Origin: Candidatus Parcubacteria bacterium
GTDB taxonomy: Bacteria > Patescibacteriota > Minisyncoccia > UBA6257 > HR35
DNA: 64,000 nucleotides
Direction of reading: 5' to 3'
Assembly: GCA_026004535.1 (NCBI GenBank)
Contig: BPJI01000001.1
Coordinates: forward strand, 15,915 to 79,914
The position numbers were made by a program, and so were the translations under genes. This document shows, piece after piece, positions 38,393 through 50,023 of the stretch; within the stretch, counting starts at the first letter, position 1; each line of letters opens with the position of its first letter. The notes beneath the pieces were generated by a model, which did not search any database, had not been told where the DNA came from, and saw only the letters and a program-made list of their open reading frames with translations.

Positions 38393-39093
38393 TGTAACTT
38401 AGTAAAGAATAAGTCAATCATCTTGACAATTGTAAATGAAAGGATAGCAATAACTATACCAATAATACCATAAATTAATCTTTTATGAATATCCTTACTC
38501 TTTTCAGGTTTGGTTATATATAAAATTCCTGCCCAAGAAAGAAAAATTACTCCCAAAAATATTGCTAAAACATATAACAAAGATAAAATTCTTTGAAGAT
38601 AATATAAAAAACAATCTTTCCAAGCTGCTCCAGATACATTTGTACTTTCTAAAACCGAGGGGATATTGCATCCAGCTATTTTTTTTGGTAATTCTGGTTC
38701 AGTTACCTGAGCATAAGTAAAATTTATTGGCAAGTATATTTGTTGTTTAGTTAGCCAAGTCTCTATAGCCATAACAAAAGCATAAGAAAGCAAAGCAACA
38801 ACTAAACCAATTACTGCATAAATTATTTTTTGATGAATTTCTTTTCCTTTTTCACCCGGGCTTCCCTTAGAAATATATAAAATTCCAGCCCAAGCAATAA
38901 AAATCGCCGCCAAAACCAAAGCTAAAACTATTATAATCCTTAAAATTTTATTAAAGAAAAATCCTAAACAAGCAAAAAAATTCTCTCCACAATCAATAAC
39001 TGGAGGCAAATTAATAGAAGGAAAACCTAAATTCTGAGCCAAAACAATATTAAACAAAACCAACCCTATTATTATTTTTTTCATTATAATCAC
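38389..39093 (-). CDS. Tandem two-domain VirB2-like pilin
   Basis: Signal peptide; WAGILYI...IH...IY..IG occurs twice, each preceded by a Cys pair. Confidence 0.75.
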   Translation of the reverse strand: MIIMKKIIIGLVLFNIVLAQNLGFPSINLPPVIDCGENFFACLGFFFNKILRIIIVLALVLAAIFIAWAGILYISKGSPGEKGKEIHQKIIYAVIGLVVALLSYAFVMAIETWLTKQQIYLPINFTYAQVTEPELPKKIAGCNIPSVLESTNVSGAAWKDCFLYYLQRILSLLYVLAIFLGVIFLSWAGILYITKPEKSKDIHKRLIYGIIGIVIAILSFTIVKMIDLFFTKLQ

Positions 39094-39096
39094 TCA

Positions 39097-39495
39097 CTAT
39101 ATTCTTCCCCCACCTATAATCCTAGTGAATATAGTAACTAAAACCCATGACAAAAAGGCAAAAATTAAGCCAATTGCCGCATAAATGAGACGATTTTTAG
39201 CTGCTTCTCTTTTCTTATCGTCAGTCCCACCTGATATATAAGTGATGCCGGCCCAAGCAATGGATAAAGCGGAGAAAATTAAGGCAACAACCAAAATAAC
39301 CCTCAATAAATCTCCTAAAAGTTTCAACATACATCGTCTTAAAGTATCGTTTGGCGAACAACTAAAAAGTCGTGTGGGGATATCTGGCTCGGGCAAAACT
39401 TCAGGACTATATACGTACTGGGCAAAAGATGAATAAGGTGCTAAAAGTGTCAATAAAGTAAGCAAAATAATTAGTTGATTTAATTTCATCTTCAA
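39097..39495 (-). CDS. VirB2-like pilin
   Basis: Signal peptide; WAGITYISGG..K...AKNRLIYAAIGL. Confidence 0.8.
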   Translation of the reverse strand: MKMKLNQLIILLTLLTLLAPYSSFAQYVYSPEVLPEPDIPTRLFSCSPNDTLRRCMLKLLGDLLRVILVVALIFSALSIAWAGITYISGGTDDKKREAAKNRLIYAAIGLIFAFLSWVLVTIFTRIIGGGRI

Positions 39496-39542
39496 AATTC
39501 TTTTTAACCTCGACCTTTTTCTATTAATAATTATATCATAAA

Positions 39543-39956
39543 TTACGGCGAAGGACCCCCTAATAAAGCACTAATAATTGTGAAAATTAAAGTAACTAAA
39601 AGTAGCAAAATATAGCCAAACACTGCATATTTTATATATTTATGACCTTTCTGAATATAGTTTTCCACACCCAAAGGACTTAATAAATACATTAAGCCAC
39701 CTAAAATAAGGAGAATAACAAGAACATATGGAGAAATTGTTATCAAAAGATTATTAATTCTCTTAAAAAAATCTATTAGAGAAGGATAATTCCAGCAACC
39801 ATCTTTAGCCGGCTCAACTCCAAAAATTCCCGGCGGACAAACTGAAATTTGAACTGGAGTCCAAGTGACAATAACTTGTCCTGGTTCAAAGTTTTCGTTA
39901 GCAAAACTAAAATTTAAAACTAAAAGCGAAATAATAAGAATGATTATTTTTTTCAT
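39543..39956 (-). CDS. VirB2-like pilin
   Basis: Signal peptide; GGLMYLLS...KG.KYIKYAVFG. Confidence 0.75.
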   Translation of the reverse strand: MKKIIILIISLLVLNFSFANENFEPGQVIVTWTPVQISVCPPGIFGVEPAKDGCWNYPSLIDFFKRINNLLITISPYVLVILLILGGLMYLLSPLGVENYIQKGHKYIKYAVFGYILLLLVTLIFTIISALLGGPSP

Positions 39957-40651
39957 CTTACTAATCTTTCAATTTGGGCTCTGATTAAATCTGCTAATAA
40001 AATAATTATTAAGCCAACCGTTGACCAGATTAAAATTTTGTAAGCCCGCGAAATTTGTTTTAAACCAAATAATGGAGTTGCTATTAAATAAACAGCAGCC
40101 CAAATAATTGCTCCAGCTAACAAAACAACAGCAACATTTTTCAAAAGACCAATTGCTTGAAATGCACATCTATAAACTCTACCCAAGGAAGGGCTATTAA
40201 AAAGAGGTGGGGCATTTTGACCACATTTTAACTCTGACATTATTGGAGTTTTTAATGGATTAAAAAAGGTTCTTGGGGTAAGATCCTGAGCTAAAGCAAA
40301 TTGAGGAGAGAAGAATTCTAAAATAATCTCAAAAACAATTCCTGATAATAAAACCAAAATATAACCCCAGATAGCAATTCTAATCATTTCTCTACCCCTT
40401 TTTAACAAACCCTCATTTGGTCCAGCAAACATCATTAAAAAAGCACCAATTGAAACAAGCAAAAAGGCAGTCCAATAAGAAACAATAACAACAGTTTTAA
40501 TAAGATTATTAACACTTTTAATAAAATCTTGCCAAGTGCAAATTGTTGTTGTACTTCCTTTAGGAGTTGTGGTCACCGTACATTCAACAATTGCAGCTTT
40601 GGTTAAGCTCAAAAAAGCTAAACATAAAATTATTAAAGTTATTTTTTTCAT
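39953..40651 (-). CDS. Tandem two-domain VirB2-like pilin
   Basis: IVEC...CTWQDF; two hairpin-TM pilin modules. Confidence 0.75.
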   Translation of the reverse strand: MKKITLIILCLAFLSLTKAAIVECTVTTTPKGSTTTICTWQDFIKSVNNLIKTVVIVSYWTAFLLVSIGAFLMMFAGPNEGLLKRGREMIRIAIWGYILVLLSGIVFEIILEFFSPQFALAQDLTPRTFFNPLKTPIMSELKCGQNAPPLFNSPSLGRVYRCAFQAIGLLKNVAVVLLAGAIIWAAVYLIATPLFGLKQISRAYKILIWSTVGLIIILLADLIRAQIERLVR

Positions 40652-41835
40652 AATGAATAATTTATTTCAACTAAAATTCTATTTAATTCATTTTCATCTT
40701 TGTGATAAACTTCTAAAATTCTATCTATATTATTAAATAAAACTTCTTTATTAAGAAAATCAAAGGTTTCGCCGAAATTTTTAACTGAATCAAAAACAAT
40801 TTTCTTTTCTGGAGTTAAATCAGCTTCTTTAAATGGCACTAAATCAAGATCTTGACTAAATCTTTTTAATTGCATTGCATAAAACCAATTAATGAAATAA
40901 GGTACTGCTTTGGATCGACTTTTTTTAACCTGAGCTAAATAAAAAATTTTTGAATAAATTTTGACTTTTGGTGGAAAAGTGTTTAAGGGATAAATATCTA
41001 AACTAAGATTAATTCTTGGATTGATTTGCAAGATTTCTTTTTTATCACTGTAAAAACCAATGTACATGGCAGATTTTTCATTGGCAAAATTAATCAAATC
41101 ATCACCTGCGTTCTCAGGATAAGTATAAAACTCACTTTGAGGATTATTAAAACTAGTAAAAATATCTAAAGCTGATAAAATATTTTTCTGAAATTCTTCT
41201 TTTTGCTTATATGACTCATTCAGACTCATCAAACTTAAAATAATTTCTTTTCTATGTCTAATTTCTTTAGTGCCTAAACCTAAAGGATAAAAATCTTGGC
41301 TATAATTTTTAAATTGTTGGATAAAGTTTTTAAGCTCATCGAATGTTTTTGGTTTTTGTAAATTTAAAAAATTTAAAATGTCCTGGTTATAGAAAGCAAT
41401 TAGAGAATCAACAATAATTGGCGTTGAGCTCGAAAATAAATCAGGTTCTTTATTTAAAAAATCATTATCAATTAAAACAATATCAGGAAAATCACCTTTG
41501 GCAAGAGCCAAAATCAAGTCTCTCTTTATCTCTTCTAAGTTTTTAGTTGTAATTTCAAAATTAACACAATAACGACTAAAATCAGAAAAATAGGGATAAA
41601 TTTGATCTTCTATAAATGGTACCCATATTTTTATTGTTTCTTGATAGCAGGGTGTTTTCACTTTTTTGGGGAAAATTATTGGCCGAAAAATAAAAAATAA
41701 AATTAAAAGTAAAATTAGATTGCCAGCAACTATTATTTGCAAAAGTCTATCTGTTTTCAGTCTTCCTAAAAATCCCTCAGCCTGACTATCTCTAACAGAC
41801 TCTATAAATTCTTGAAACTTTGTTTTTTCTTTCAT
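40648..41835 (-). CDS. Membrane-anchored extracellular solute-binding-like protein
   Basis: TM anchor; LALAKG..PDI, DSL..FYN, PKTFDE, F...KSAMYIG. Confidence 0.75.
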   Translation of the reverse strand: MKEKTKFQEFIESVRDSQAEGFLGRLKTDRLLQIIVAGNLILLLILFFIFRPIIFPKKVKTPCYQETIKIWVPFIEDQIYPYFSDFSRYCVNFEITTKNLEEIKRDLILALAKGDFPDIVLIDNDFLNKEPDLFSSSTPIIVDSLIAFYNQDILNFLNLQKPKTFDELKNFIQQFKNYSQDFYPLGLGTKEIRHRKEIILSLMSLNESYKQKEEFQKNILSALDIFTSFNNPQSEFYTYPENAGDDLINFANEKSAMYIGFYSDKKEILQINPRINLSLDIYPLNTFPPKVKIYSKIFYLAQVKKSRSKAVPYFINWFYAMQLKRFSQDLDLVPFKEADLTPEKKIVFDSVKNFGETFDFLNKEVLFNNIDRILEVYHKDENELNRILVEINYSL

Positions 41836-42353
41836 TTCTGAGAAACTATTAAGTAATAATTGCTTGACTGTTCTATTTCTTTAATTTTAAAATTTTCTTT
41901 TTCAACTAATCGACAAATTTCTTGAGGATCATAAATTTTTTGTCCGGCAAAAAGTAGATTTTCTCTTTGGGGTTCTAAAATTATTAAATAACCTTTATCT
42001 TTTAAAACCCTTCTTGATTCTTGAATAATTTTCTCTGGATCTTCAGCTTGATAAAGAACCTGGGAAATAAAGACAAAATCTAATGAATTGTCTTCTAAGC
42101 CTGAATTTATTTCTAAATCCTGATTTAAAAACTTAATATTATGTAAACCAAATTGGCTTACAAATTCTTGAGCTTCTTTTAAAACTTCCTCATCGATATC
42201 AATGGCATAAATTTTGCCACTCGGACCAACTTCTTGGGCCAATAAAGCCGTAAAATAACCAGCACCACAACCGAAATCCGCACCTTTAATCGAAGGTAGA
42301 ATATATTTTTTTTCTCTTAAATGTTGAATTATTTCTCCAGGCCTTAAAAACAT
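41832..42353 (-). CDS. Class I SAM-dependent methyltransferase
   Basis: ADFGCGAG, YAIDID, RVLK..G. Confidence 0.9.
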   Translation of the reverse strand: MFLRPGEIIQHLREKKYILPSIKGADFGCGAGYFTALLAQEVGPSGKIYAIDIDEEVLKEAQEFVSQFGLHNIKFLNQDLEINSGLEDNSLDFVFISQVLYQAEDPEKIIQESRRVLKDKGYLIILEPQRENLLFAGQKIYDPQEICRLVEKENFKIKEIEQSSNYYLIVSQK

Positions 42354-44665
42354 TAAATTAATAAAATTGAATTAATAAAATTAAGATTGTCGATTTTCTT
42401 TGGCACTTGTGTTCTTTTTATTAGTGGCAATTTCTTAATTTCTATTCTTTTTAATTTATCATCGGCAATTATGATTTCCTTTTCATCCTTGATTGATTCA
42501 GCAGCCAAAAGCTCGCCATACTTATTGTCAAAAATTTTAACACCAACACCACCTCGGTTTTGAATTTTAATTTCTTGAAGATCAATTTTTTTATAAAAGC
42601 CTTGTTGAAAAATTAAAAGTAAAAGATTGCTATTTTTAACAAAAGCTTTCGTAATTTTTTCATTTTTCAATTTCATTATCTTTACTCCTTTAGCAGTTTT
42701 TCTTTGTAAAGGTAAATTTTCTTTAAAAAGCAAAATATTACCACTATTATTTATAACTCCTAAGGTTTCTCCCCCATTAATTAAAAAAGCATCAACAACT
42801 TCATCTTTCCCAGCTGAAACACCGCTTCTTCTGTTAGTTAAAACCTCCTCTAATTCAATTTTTTTGCCCAAACCATTAGCAAAAATTAATAATAAGTATT
42901 TTGCTTTTTCTTGAACTAAAATTTTTACAATCTCATCATTTTTATCCAAAATAATTTGTGATTCCAGATATTTAGCTGAAGAATAAAAAGACCCTAAACT
43001 CAGATTATAAACCTTGCCTAAACGACTGATTAAAATTAATTTATCATGAGTTGAAACTAATTTTAAAATTTTTGGTAGTTCATTTTGTTTTATTACTTTT
43101 TCAAGATTAAATTTATCAACAGGAATTAGATTAACTAAATTTTTCCGATCGACAACTAACCAAACTTTTTCTTCAGGAATAATTTCTTCTTTTTTAGTAA
43201 AAATTAATTCTTGATTAATAATATTTGTTAGTCTTTCGCTTGGATAGTTTTTAATAATTTCATCTGCTTCTCCAACAATTATCTCATCTATTTTTTTGGC
43301 GCTTTTTAAAATTAATTCTAATTCTTTGATGATCGATCTTCTTTCTTTTAGTTCGTCTAAAATTTTATGTCTTTCCATCTGAGTTAGGGTTCGAAGGGGC
43401 ATTTCTAAAATTGCATCTGCTTGTTTTTCTGAAAGTTTAAATTTCTTCATTAAATTTTCTAAAGCTTCTTTTTTATCTTTGGCTTTTTTAATTGTATTAA
43501 TGACTTTATCTAAGTTTTCTAAAGCAATATCAAAACCTTCCAGTAAATGAACTCTCTCTTTATTTTTTTCTAAATCAAATTTTGTTCTTCTTTTAATAAC
43601 CTCGCGTCGATGTTGTATCCAGGCAATTAAAAGTTCTTTGAAGGAAAAAATTTTGGGTTGAATTCCTTTATCTAAAGCAATCAAATTAAAATAAAAAGTT
43701 TTAGCCAAAGAAGTCAAGCGATAAAGATTTTCTTTTAATTTTTCTAAATTGGCCTCTGATCTTGTTTCAATTACAATTCTTATCCCCTCTTTACTTGATT
43801 CATCACGCACATCCTTAATTTCAGGCAAAACTTTTTCCAAGGCTAGATTAGCAATTTCCTTAACTAATTCTGCTTTATTTACTTGCCAAGGTATGGAAGT
43901 TATAATTAGTCTTTCTTTTCTGCCTTGCTCAATATTGATCTCTCCAGCCAAAGTTATGCCACCTTTGCCTGTTTCATAGATTTCTTTTAATTTTTCGGCA
44001 CCATAAATTTTGCCTCCAGTTGGAAAATCAGGGCCTTTAACGTAATTTAAAATCTCTTCAGTTGTTGCTTCTGGTTTTTTAATCAAAAATTTAATTGCTG
44101 ACATAACTTCAGTTAAATTATGAGGCGGAATTGAGGTTGCCATACCAACAGCAATTCCTAAAGAACCATTAATAATTAAATTTGGAATTTTCGAAGGTAA
44201 GACAACCGGCTCCTGACGAGTATTATCATAATTTGGTCTAAAATCAACAGTTTCTTTATCAATATCAACCAACATTTCTTCAGCAATTTTTGAGAGTTTG
44301 GCCTCTGAGTAACGCATTTGAGCTGGCGGATCACCATCAATTGAACCGAAATTTCCCTGCCCCCAAACTAAAGGATATCTTAAAGAAAAATTCTGAGCCA
44401 TTCGAACCAAGGCTTCATAAATTGGTGCATCACCATGGGGATGATAACGCCCCATACATTCACCAACAATGGCTGCGCATTTTCTGAATTTCTCTCTGGC
44501 CCATAACCCTAATTCTTTCATTGTATATAAAATTCTTCGCTGAACAGGTTTTAAACCATCGCGAGCATCAGGTAAAGCACGAGAAACGATAACACTCAGA
44601 GCATAATCTAGATAAGATTGTCTTAACTCTTGAGAAATCTCCTGACTAATTATTTTTTCTTTCAT
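42353..44665 (-). CDS. gyrA: Type IIA topoisomerase subunit A (GyrA/ParC) with a divergent C-terminal domain
   Basis: [22 protein letters not shown], catalytic MRY, GPDFPTG; start taken as MKEKII. Confidence 0.88.
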   Translation of the reverse strand: MKEKIISQEISQELRQSYLDYALSVIVSRALPDARDGLKPVQRRILYTMKELGLWAREKFRKCAAIVGECMGRYHPHGDAPIYEALVRMAQNFSLRYPLVWGQGNFGSIDGDPPAQMRYSEAKLSKIAEEMLVDIDKETVDFRPNYDNTRQEPVVLPSKIPNLIINGSLGIAVGMATSIPPHNLTEVMSAIKFLIKKPEATTEEILNYVKGPDFPTGGKIYGAEKLKEIYETGKGGITLAGEINIEQGRKERLIITSIPWQVNKAELVKEIANLALEKVLPEIKDVRDESSKEGIRIVIETRSEANLEKLKENLYRLTSLAKTFYFNLIALDKGIQPKIFSFKELLIAWIQHRREVIKRRTKFDLEKNKERVHLLEGFDIALENLDKVINTIKKAKDKKEALENLMKKFKLSEKQADAILEMPLRTLTQMERHKILDELKERRSIIKELELILKSAKKIDEIIVGEADEIIKNYPSERLTNIINQELIFTKKEEIIPEEKVWLVVDRKNLVNLIPVDKFNLEKVIKQNELPKILKLVSTHDKLILISRLGKVYNLSLGSFYSSAKYLESQIILDKNDEIVKILVQEKAKYLLLIFANGLGKKIELEEVLTNRRSGVSAGKDEVVDAFLINGGETLGVINNSGNILLFKENLPLQRKTAKGVKIMKLKNEKITKAFVKNSNLLLLIFQQGFYKKIDLQEIKIQNRGGVGVKIFDNKYGELLAAESIKDEKEIIIADDKLKRIEIKKLPLIKRTQVPKKIDNLNFINSILLI

Positions 44666-44673
44666 TTTATTAA

Positions 44674-44812
44674 TATGCAGAGCATAATGAACTGACACTG
44701 AACATACTAAACCAACGCTGAACTAACAGAAGATGATGAATAAATAGTAAAATTATTCTATGAGTTTTGTGTTAGTTCGGTATAGTTCTGCGTATAGTTC
44801 TTTAAGTTATGT
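44674..44812. repeat. Decayed ACGCAGAA-family fold-back repeat
   Basis: aacgctgaact ... agttcggtatagttctgcgtatagttc. Confidence 0.6.
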
Positions 44813-44813
44813 G

Positions 44814-45002
44814 TCATTTTATTAAATTGCCAACAGCTTCGAAAATAGTTGCTAAGCCTAGATTAAAATTTTGCCAAACAAAAGCTAATGTTTTTTCTGC
44901 TGGTGATGGACTAAGATAACCGCCCCAGATTGTACCACCACTAAACCACCAAAGAAAAATCAACACTAACATTATTGAAGTAACAAATAAAAACTTTTTC
45001 AT
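44814..45002 (-). CDS. Small membrane protein
   Basis: ATGA-coupled to the upstream gene; N-terminal TM helix. Confidence 0.6.
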   Translation of the reverse strand: MKKFLFVTSIMLVLIFLWWFSGGTIWGGYLSPSPAEKTLAFVWQNFNLGLATIFEAVGNLIK

Positions 45003-45472
45003 TGCAAGACAAAAATTAATTTATCGACCTTTTTCAAATTGATCTTTAATTTATCTCCCTTTGAACTTTGGAATTTTTCTAATTTAATATTTTTATTAGT
45101 TAAAATCAAATTTGGCTTAAATAGAGAAACCATTCTTTCATCAAAAAAGTCAACTAAAAACAAAGCTTCGACTTCTTTTTTAGTCATTCTAATTTTTTTA
45201 AGTGTTTCTTCGCTAAGTTCTTTGCTATAGACAAGGCTTCCCTCTTTGCTGTCAAAAAGATAAGTGATAAAATTTTTATTACTAAAGCCCCAAAAATAAA
45301 CATCGCCAACATTATATTCACCAGCAGAATTAAAAATTTTGTCATAATTAATATTTTTTGAGATATCAGTTAAAATTATATTCTTATCTTTAGAAACCGA
45401 AGGTGGATCAAGAACAAAATTTACACCATCTAAAACTAATTCATAATAATTATTTATTTTTTTAATTTCCAT
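44999..45472 (-). CDS. Degenerate metallo-beta-lactamase-fold-like protein
   Basis: VLDP, IILT, AGEYNVG pattern; metal-binding His residues absent. Confidence 0.5.
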   Translation of the reverse strand: MEIKKINNYYELVLDGVNFVLDPPSVSKDKNIILTDISKNINYDKIFNSAGEYNVGDVYFWGFSNKNFITYLFDSKEGSLVYSKELSEETLKKIRMTKKEVEALFLVDFFDERMVSLFKPNLILTNKNIKLEKFQSSKGDKLKINLKKVDKLIFVLQ

Positions 45473-45551
45473 TTAATAATGAACTCATTAACTCGTTAAT
45501 TCGCGAACTAATGAATTAAATTTTTGTTTTATGTTATAATTTTATCACAAA

Positions 45552-46589
45552 ATGAATAATCAAAAAACAAAAACTATTCTAAGATTAACAACAAAGCCAT
45601 TAGAAATTGGTTCAATTTTAGAAGGAAGAGTGATTAGTAAAAAAAGAGGAGAGCTTTATGTTGATTTGAGTCCTTATGGTACTGGCAGACTTTATGGTTC
45701 TTTTTATTTACAATCCAAAGATTTGGCTCAAAAATTAAATCCTGGTGATATAACTGGAGTTAAAATTATTGGTTTGGATGATGGTTATGGTAATTATGAA
45801 ATTTTACTTCAGGAACTAAGCGCTATTGATAAGTGGGAGAAAATTTTAAATTATCATCAAAAAGGAGAAATTTTAGAATTAGAAATAAAAGATGCTAATC
45901 GTGGCGGCTGGGTTGTTGAAGTTGAAGGCGTTCAAGGATTTGTTCCTGTTTCTCAACTTTCGCCTGAATATTATCCTCGAGTTGAAGCCAATAATAAAAA
46001 CTTAATTTACGAACATTTAAAAAGCTTTGTTGGCCAAAAAATAAAATTAAAAATTATTGCCGCTACACCAAAAACTAACAAACTTGTTTTATCAGAAAAG
46101 GCTGCTAAAGAAGAACTTTATCAACAGATTTTAGATAAACTAATGGTTGGAGATATTTTAAAAGTTAAGGTTGTCGGCCTAAGCCCTTTTGGCCTTTTTG
46201 TTAGATTCAATGAAAATCCAGCTATGGATGGCTTGATTCACATTTCTGAAATCCCTGAAGAAAAATCCGAGTTGGAAAAACACTTCAAAGTCGGCGATGT
46301 TTTGGAAGCTAAGCTAACCCAAATTAAACAAGATAAGGTTAGTTTTAGTTTGAAAGATCTTGAACCTGATCCCTGGGTAATTTTGGCTAAAAATTATAAA
46401 GAGGGAGATAAAGTAATTGGCTTAGTTAAAGAAAAAAATGAAATTTTTGGCTTAGTTGAAATTGGAAGGGTTCAAGGTTTAGTTTTTGAAAATTTGAATA
46501 AAATTGATATCGGCCAAGAATATAATTTTATCATCGACAAACTCAATCCCAAGGAAAAAAATTTAATCTTAAAACTTAGTCATGAATAA
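45552..46589 (+). CDS. rpsA: 30S ribosomal protein S1 (short form)
   Basis: S1 domains: ANRGG..GFVPVSQ, FGLFV..GLIHISE. Confidence 0.9.
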   Translation: MNNQKTKTILRLTTKPLEIGSILEGRVISKKRGELYVDLSPYGTGRLYGSFYLQSKDLAQKLNPGDITGVKIIGLDDGYGNYEILLQELSAIDKWEKILNYHQKGEILELEIKDANRGGWVVEVEGVQGFVPVSQLSPEYYPRVEANNKNLIYEHLKSFVGQKIKLKIIAATPKTNKLVLSEKAAKEELYQQILDKLMVGDILKVKVVGLSPFGLFVRFNENPAMDGLIHISEIPEEKSELEKHFKVGDVLEAKLTQIKQDKVSFSLKDLEPDPWVILAKNYKEGDKVIGLVKEKNEIFGLVEIGRVQGLVFENLNKIDIGQEYNFIIDKLNPKEKNLILKLSHE

Positions 46590-48393
46590 TAATCTAAGAA
46601 ATCTCCTTTTAATTGGATCATTGATTTTTTTTACTCTTATCTTATATCTTGGTTATAATCAAAATTTATTAGCGGAAAAGATTTCTTTTGAAGAATTTTT
46701 AACAAAAGTCAAAAATAACGAAATTAAAACAATTACTCTTTCGGGCAAAGCCAATATTATCGCTCAAACCAAAGAAGGTAAAATTTTAAGAACAACCAAA
46801 GATCCTGACGAAAGCTTGACCCAGCTTTTTAAAGACTATGGTGTTGCTTCCTCAACAATACTGACTCTAGAAATCAATCAAGAAACAGGAAATTGGAAAG
46901 ATATTTTGTATGCTTTAATATTTAACGTTCTTCCTTTTTTGCTTGTTGCTTGGATTTTTTGGCAAATATTTAAACAAGCACAAAGAGGCACAACTCAAAT
47001 TTTCTCTTTCAGTAAATCAGGAATTAAAGTTTATAATCCCAATGATCCAGATCGAGTAACTTTTAAAGATGTGGCTGGACTTGAAGAAGCTAAACAAGAA
47101 CTTATGGAGATTGTCGAGTTTTTAAAAAATCCCGATAAATTTTTCAAAATTGGAGCTAGAATTCCTAAAGGAGTTTTATTAGTTGGACCACCTGGATCCG
47201 GAAAAACGCTTTTGGCCCGCAGCGTAGCTTCAGAAGCTGGCGTTCCTTTCTTTTATATTTCTGGATCAGAATTTGTGGAAATGTTTGTCGGAGTTGGAAG
47301 CGCCAGAGTCCGTGACAGTTTTTCAATTGCTAAGAAAAATCAGCCTAGCATTTTATTTATTGATGAACTAGATGCCATTGGAAAAATTAGAGGTGCGGGA
47401 ATTACTGGGGCTCATGAAGAAAGAGAACAAACCTTGAATCAAATTTTAGTCGAAATGGACGGTTTTGAAAAAGGAACAAAAGTTGTTGTGTTGGCAGCAA
47501 CAAATAGAGCTGATGTCTTAGATCCGGCTCTTTTAAGACCGGGAAGGTTTGACAGAAAAATTATTTTAGATTTGCCTGATATTAAAGCTCGTGAAGAAAT
47601 ATTAAAAATTCACTTAAGAGATAAAAAATTTAGTAAGGTTAATTTAAGACAGATAGCTGAAAGAACTCCGGGTTTTTCTGGTGCTGATTTAGCTAATTTA
47701 TGTAATGAAGCAGCAATTTTAGCTGCTAGAAGAAATAAAGAGTTTATCACTCAACAAGAACTTTTAGATTCAATTGAAAAAGTTTTATTAGGACCAGAAA
47801 GAAAAACAAAAGCTTATTCGAAAAAAGAAAAAGAGATTGCTGCTTATCATGAAGCTGGTCATGCCATTGTTGCTCATTATTTACCTTACACTAGCCCAGT
47901 TCAAAAAATTTCAATTATTGCTCGTGGGCGAGCAGGTGGTTATACTTTAAAAACACCTCTTGAAGAAAGAAGTTTTTATTTTAAGAAAGAATTCTTAGAT
48001 GAATTAGCCTCAATGCTTGGTGGTTATGCTGCTGAAAAATTAATTTTTGATGATACTACCACTGGAGCCAGTAATGATTTAGAAGTTGCCACTGATTTAG
48101 CCAGACAATTAGTAACTAAATTTGGTATGTCAGAAAAACTTGGACCGATTTCAATTTCTCAAAAACAAAGAGAATTTGTTTTAGGAAAAGAATATTCTGA
48201 AAAAACAGCTGAATTAATTGACGAAGAAGTCAAAAATATTATTAATCAAGCTTTAGAAAGGGCTTTAAAAGTTTTAGAAATCAAAAAAGATAAATTAGAA
48301 AAAATAGCTCAAGTTTTAATTAAAAAAGAAGTTATTGAAAAAAAACAATTTGAAAAATTAGTTGGCGATAAAAAAGGCAGTTTGGAAATCTAA
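46582..48393 (+). CDS. ftsH: ATP-dependent zinc metalloprotease FtsH
   Basis: Two TM helices, [24 protein letters not shown]. Confidence 0.98.
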   Translation: MNNNLRNLLLIGSLIFFTLILYLGYNQNLLAEKISFEEFLTKVKNNEIKTITLSGKANIIAQTKEGKILRTTKDPDESLTQLFKDYGVASSTILTLEINQETGNWKDILYALIFNVLPFLLVAWIFWQIFKQAQRGTTQIFSFSKSGIKVYNPNDPDRVTFKDVAGLEEAKQELMEIVEFLKNPDKFFKIGARIPKGVLLVGPPGSGKTLLARSVASEAGVPFFYISGSEFVEMFVGVGSARVRDSFSIAKKNQPSILFIDELDAIGKIRGAGITGAHEEREQTLNQILVEMDGFEKGTKVVVLAATNRADVLDPALLRPGRFDRKIILDLPDIKAREEILKIHLRDKKFSKVNLRQIAERTPGFSGADLANLCNEAAILAARRNKEFITQQELLDSIEKVLLGPERKTKAYSKKEKEIAAYHEAGHAIVAHYLPYTSPVQKISIIARGRAGGYTLKTPLEERSFYFKKEFLDELASMLGGYAAEKLIFDDTTTGASNDLEVATDLARQLVTKFGMSEKLGPISISQKQREFVLGKEYSEKTAELIDEEVKNIINQALERALKVLEIKKDKLEKIAQVLIKKEVIEKKQFEKLVGDKKGSLEI

Positions 48394-48962
48394 TGGAAAT
48401 TATTTTTATTTTTCTAATTCTAATTTATTCAATAATCTTACATGAAATCTCTCATGGCTATGTTGCTTATAAATTAGGCGATCCAACTGCTAAATATGAA
48501 GGCAGATTAAGCTTGAATCCAATTCCCCATATTGATCCAATTGGGACAATTTTGCTTCCAGCTTTAACTTTTTTAACCTCAGGTTTTATTTTTGGTTGGG
48601 CTAAACCCGTTCCTTATAATCCTTATAACTTAAAAAATCCGAACAGGGATTCAATTTATATTGCTTTAGCTGGACCATTGACTAATATTTGTTTAGCAAT
48701 TATTTTTTCTTTTTTATATAAATTTTTTCCTCTTCAAGCTTTTCTTTTTGGTTTAAGAATTAATTTAGTTTTAGCTTTTTTTAATCTTTTACCAATTCCT
48801 CCTTTAGATGGCTCAAAAATTTTACTAACAAAAATTCCTTTAGAAATTTACCAATATCTAGAAATTTACGGTTTTATCTTAATTATTATTTTTATGATTT
48901 TCTTTTTTCCCTATTTCTCAAACTTTATAAATTTGTTACAAAATTTCCTTATAAGAATTTAA
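48393..48962 (+). CDS. Site-2 protease (M50)
   Basis: HEISH, AGPLTN, NLLPIPPLDG. Confidence 0.95.
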   Translation: MEIIFIFLILIYSIILHEISHGYVAYKLGDPTAKYEGRLSLNPIPHIDPIGTILLPALTFLTSGFIFGWAKPVPYNPYNLKNPNRDSIYIALAGPLTNICLAIIFSFLYKFFPLQAFLFGLRINLVLAFFNLLPIPPLDGSKILLTKIPLEIYQYLEIYGFILIIIFMIFFFPYFSNFINLLQNFLIRI

Positions 48963-49712
48963 GGAGATTTAATTTTTAATATCGAAGAAGATTCAACTAT
49001 TAGTATAGACTCGGCAAAAGATAATAGTTTCCGATAAACAAAAATATCAGCTAAGATAGTTGCTGGAATAGTAATAAGTAAACCAACTATCAGAAACAAT
49101 AATCCTAAAAAATTAATAAAAGAAAGCATTACTCCAAAAATAAATAATCCAAATACAGAACCTTTTATAATTTCAGCACTTTTCTTCAAAGCATCTATTG
49201 GTCCGTATCCCCTATCAATGATTAAATATTTGTAAAATTGAAATTTTATCATAAGAATAACTGAAATAACAAAACCAACTATAATATCTATAATAATAGG
49301 AATAGTGTTGTTCAAGAAAATTTTTAGACTATAACCTCCTAATACAATAATAATTACTGAAGATGCTGCAATCAAAAAGAAAAGAATGTGACCGATTAAA
49401 TATCTAAAAAACAAAAACAAAGAAGGGGGTCTGAAAAGATCAACCAATTTTGGTTTTTCATTATCAATAAAATTTAAATAAATTTTTAATAAAATTAATC
49501 AAAATTATAATGTTTACGATAAAATTAACTATATAAAAAGTTACCGATAAAAATAAAGATTGTTTGGTTATAAATTTTTGAATAAAAGCTAGAAAAAAAC
49601 TAATAAGAATAATAATTAATAATAACTTAATTAAAAATCCGAGGTTATTTTTAATTATACTCCAGCTAAAAAGTATTGCCTCATTATAAGAAAACTTTTG
49701 CTGCTGGCTCAT
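48959..49712 (-). pseudogene. DUF975-like integral membrane protein, frameshifted
   Basis: Removing one A at 49483-49487 fuses the two ORFs (..FIKIYLNFIDNEKPKLVDLF..); IIDRG.GPIDALKKS motif. Confidence 0.7.
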
Positions 49713-49760
49713 AAAAATGTTTTTTTAATATTAACCTTTAGCTTAATTTTATTTTATCTT

Positions 49761-49831
49761 AGCCGGCGGTGGGACTCGAACCCACATCTTCCCTTTACGA
49801 AAGGGACGCTCTGCCCTTGAGCTACACCGGC
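49761..49831 (-). tRNA. tRNA-Thr(CGT)
   Basis: Anticodon loop TTCGTAA; GCCGGTG/CGCCGGC acceptor stem. Confidence 0.93.
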
Positions 49832-49832
49832 A

Positions 49833-49903
49833 TGGACCTACGGGGAATTGAACCCCGATCTCTGCTGTGCGACAGCAGTGTTTTACCATTAAACTATAGG
49901 CCC
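49833..49903 (-). tRNA. tRNA-Ala(CGC)
   Basis: G3:U70 pair; anticodon loop GTCGCAC. Confidence 0.92.
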
Positions 49904-49943
49904 AGTTTAATTTTATAATATAATTAGACCATAAAATAATTTA

Positions 49944-50015
49944 GGGCGGGTAGCTCAGTGGCAGAGCATCACGTTTACACCGTGAAGGTCGTGGGTTCAA
50001 ATCCCACCCCGCCCA
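49944..50015 (+). tRNA. tRNA-Val(TAC)
   Basis: Anticodon loop TTTACAC; GGGCGGG/CCCGCCC acceptor stem. Confidence 0.95.
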
Positions 50016-50023
50016 ATAGACAT

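Noticed and set aside
49483-49487. Programmed frameshift in the DUF975-like gene
   Set aside because: Only an A5 run with no stimulatory structure; more likely a simple mutation or sequencing error
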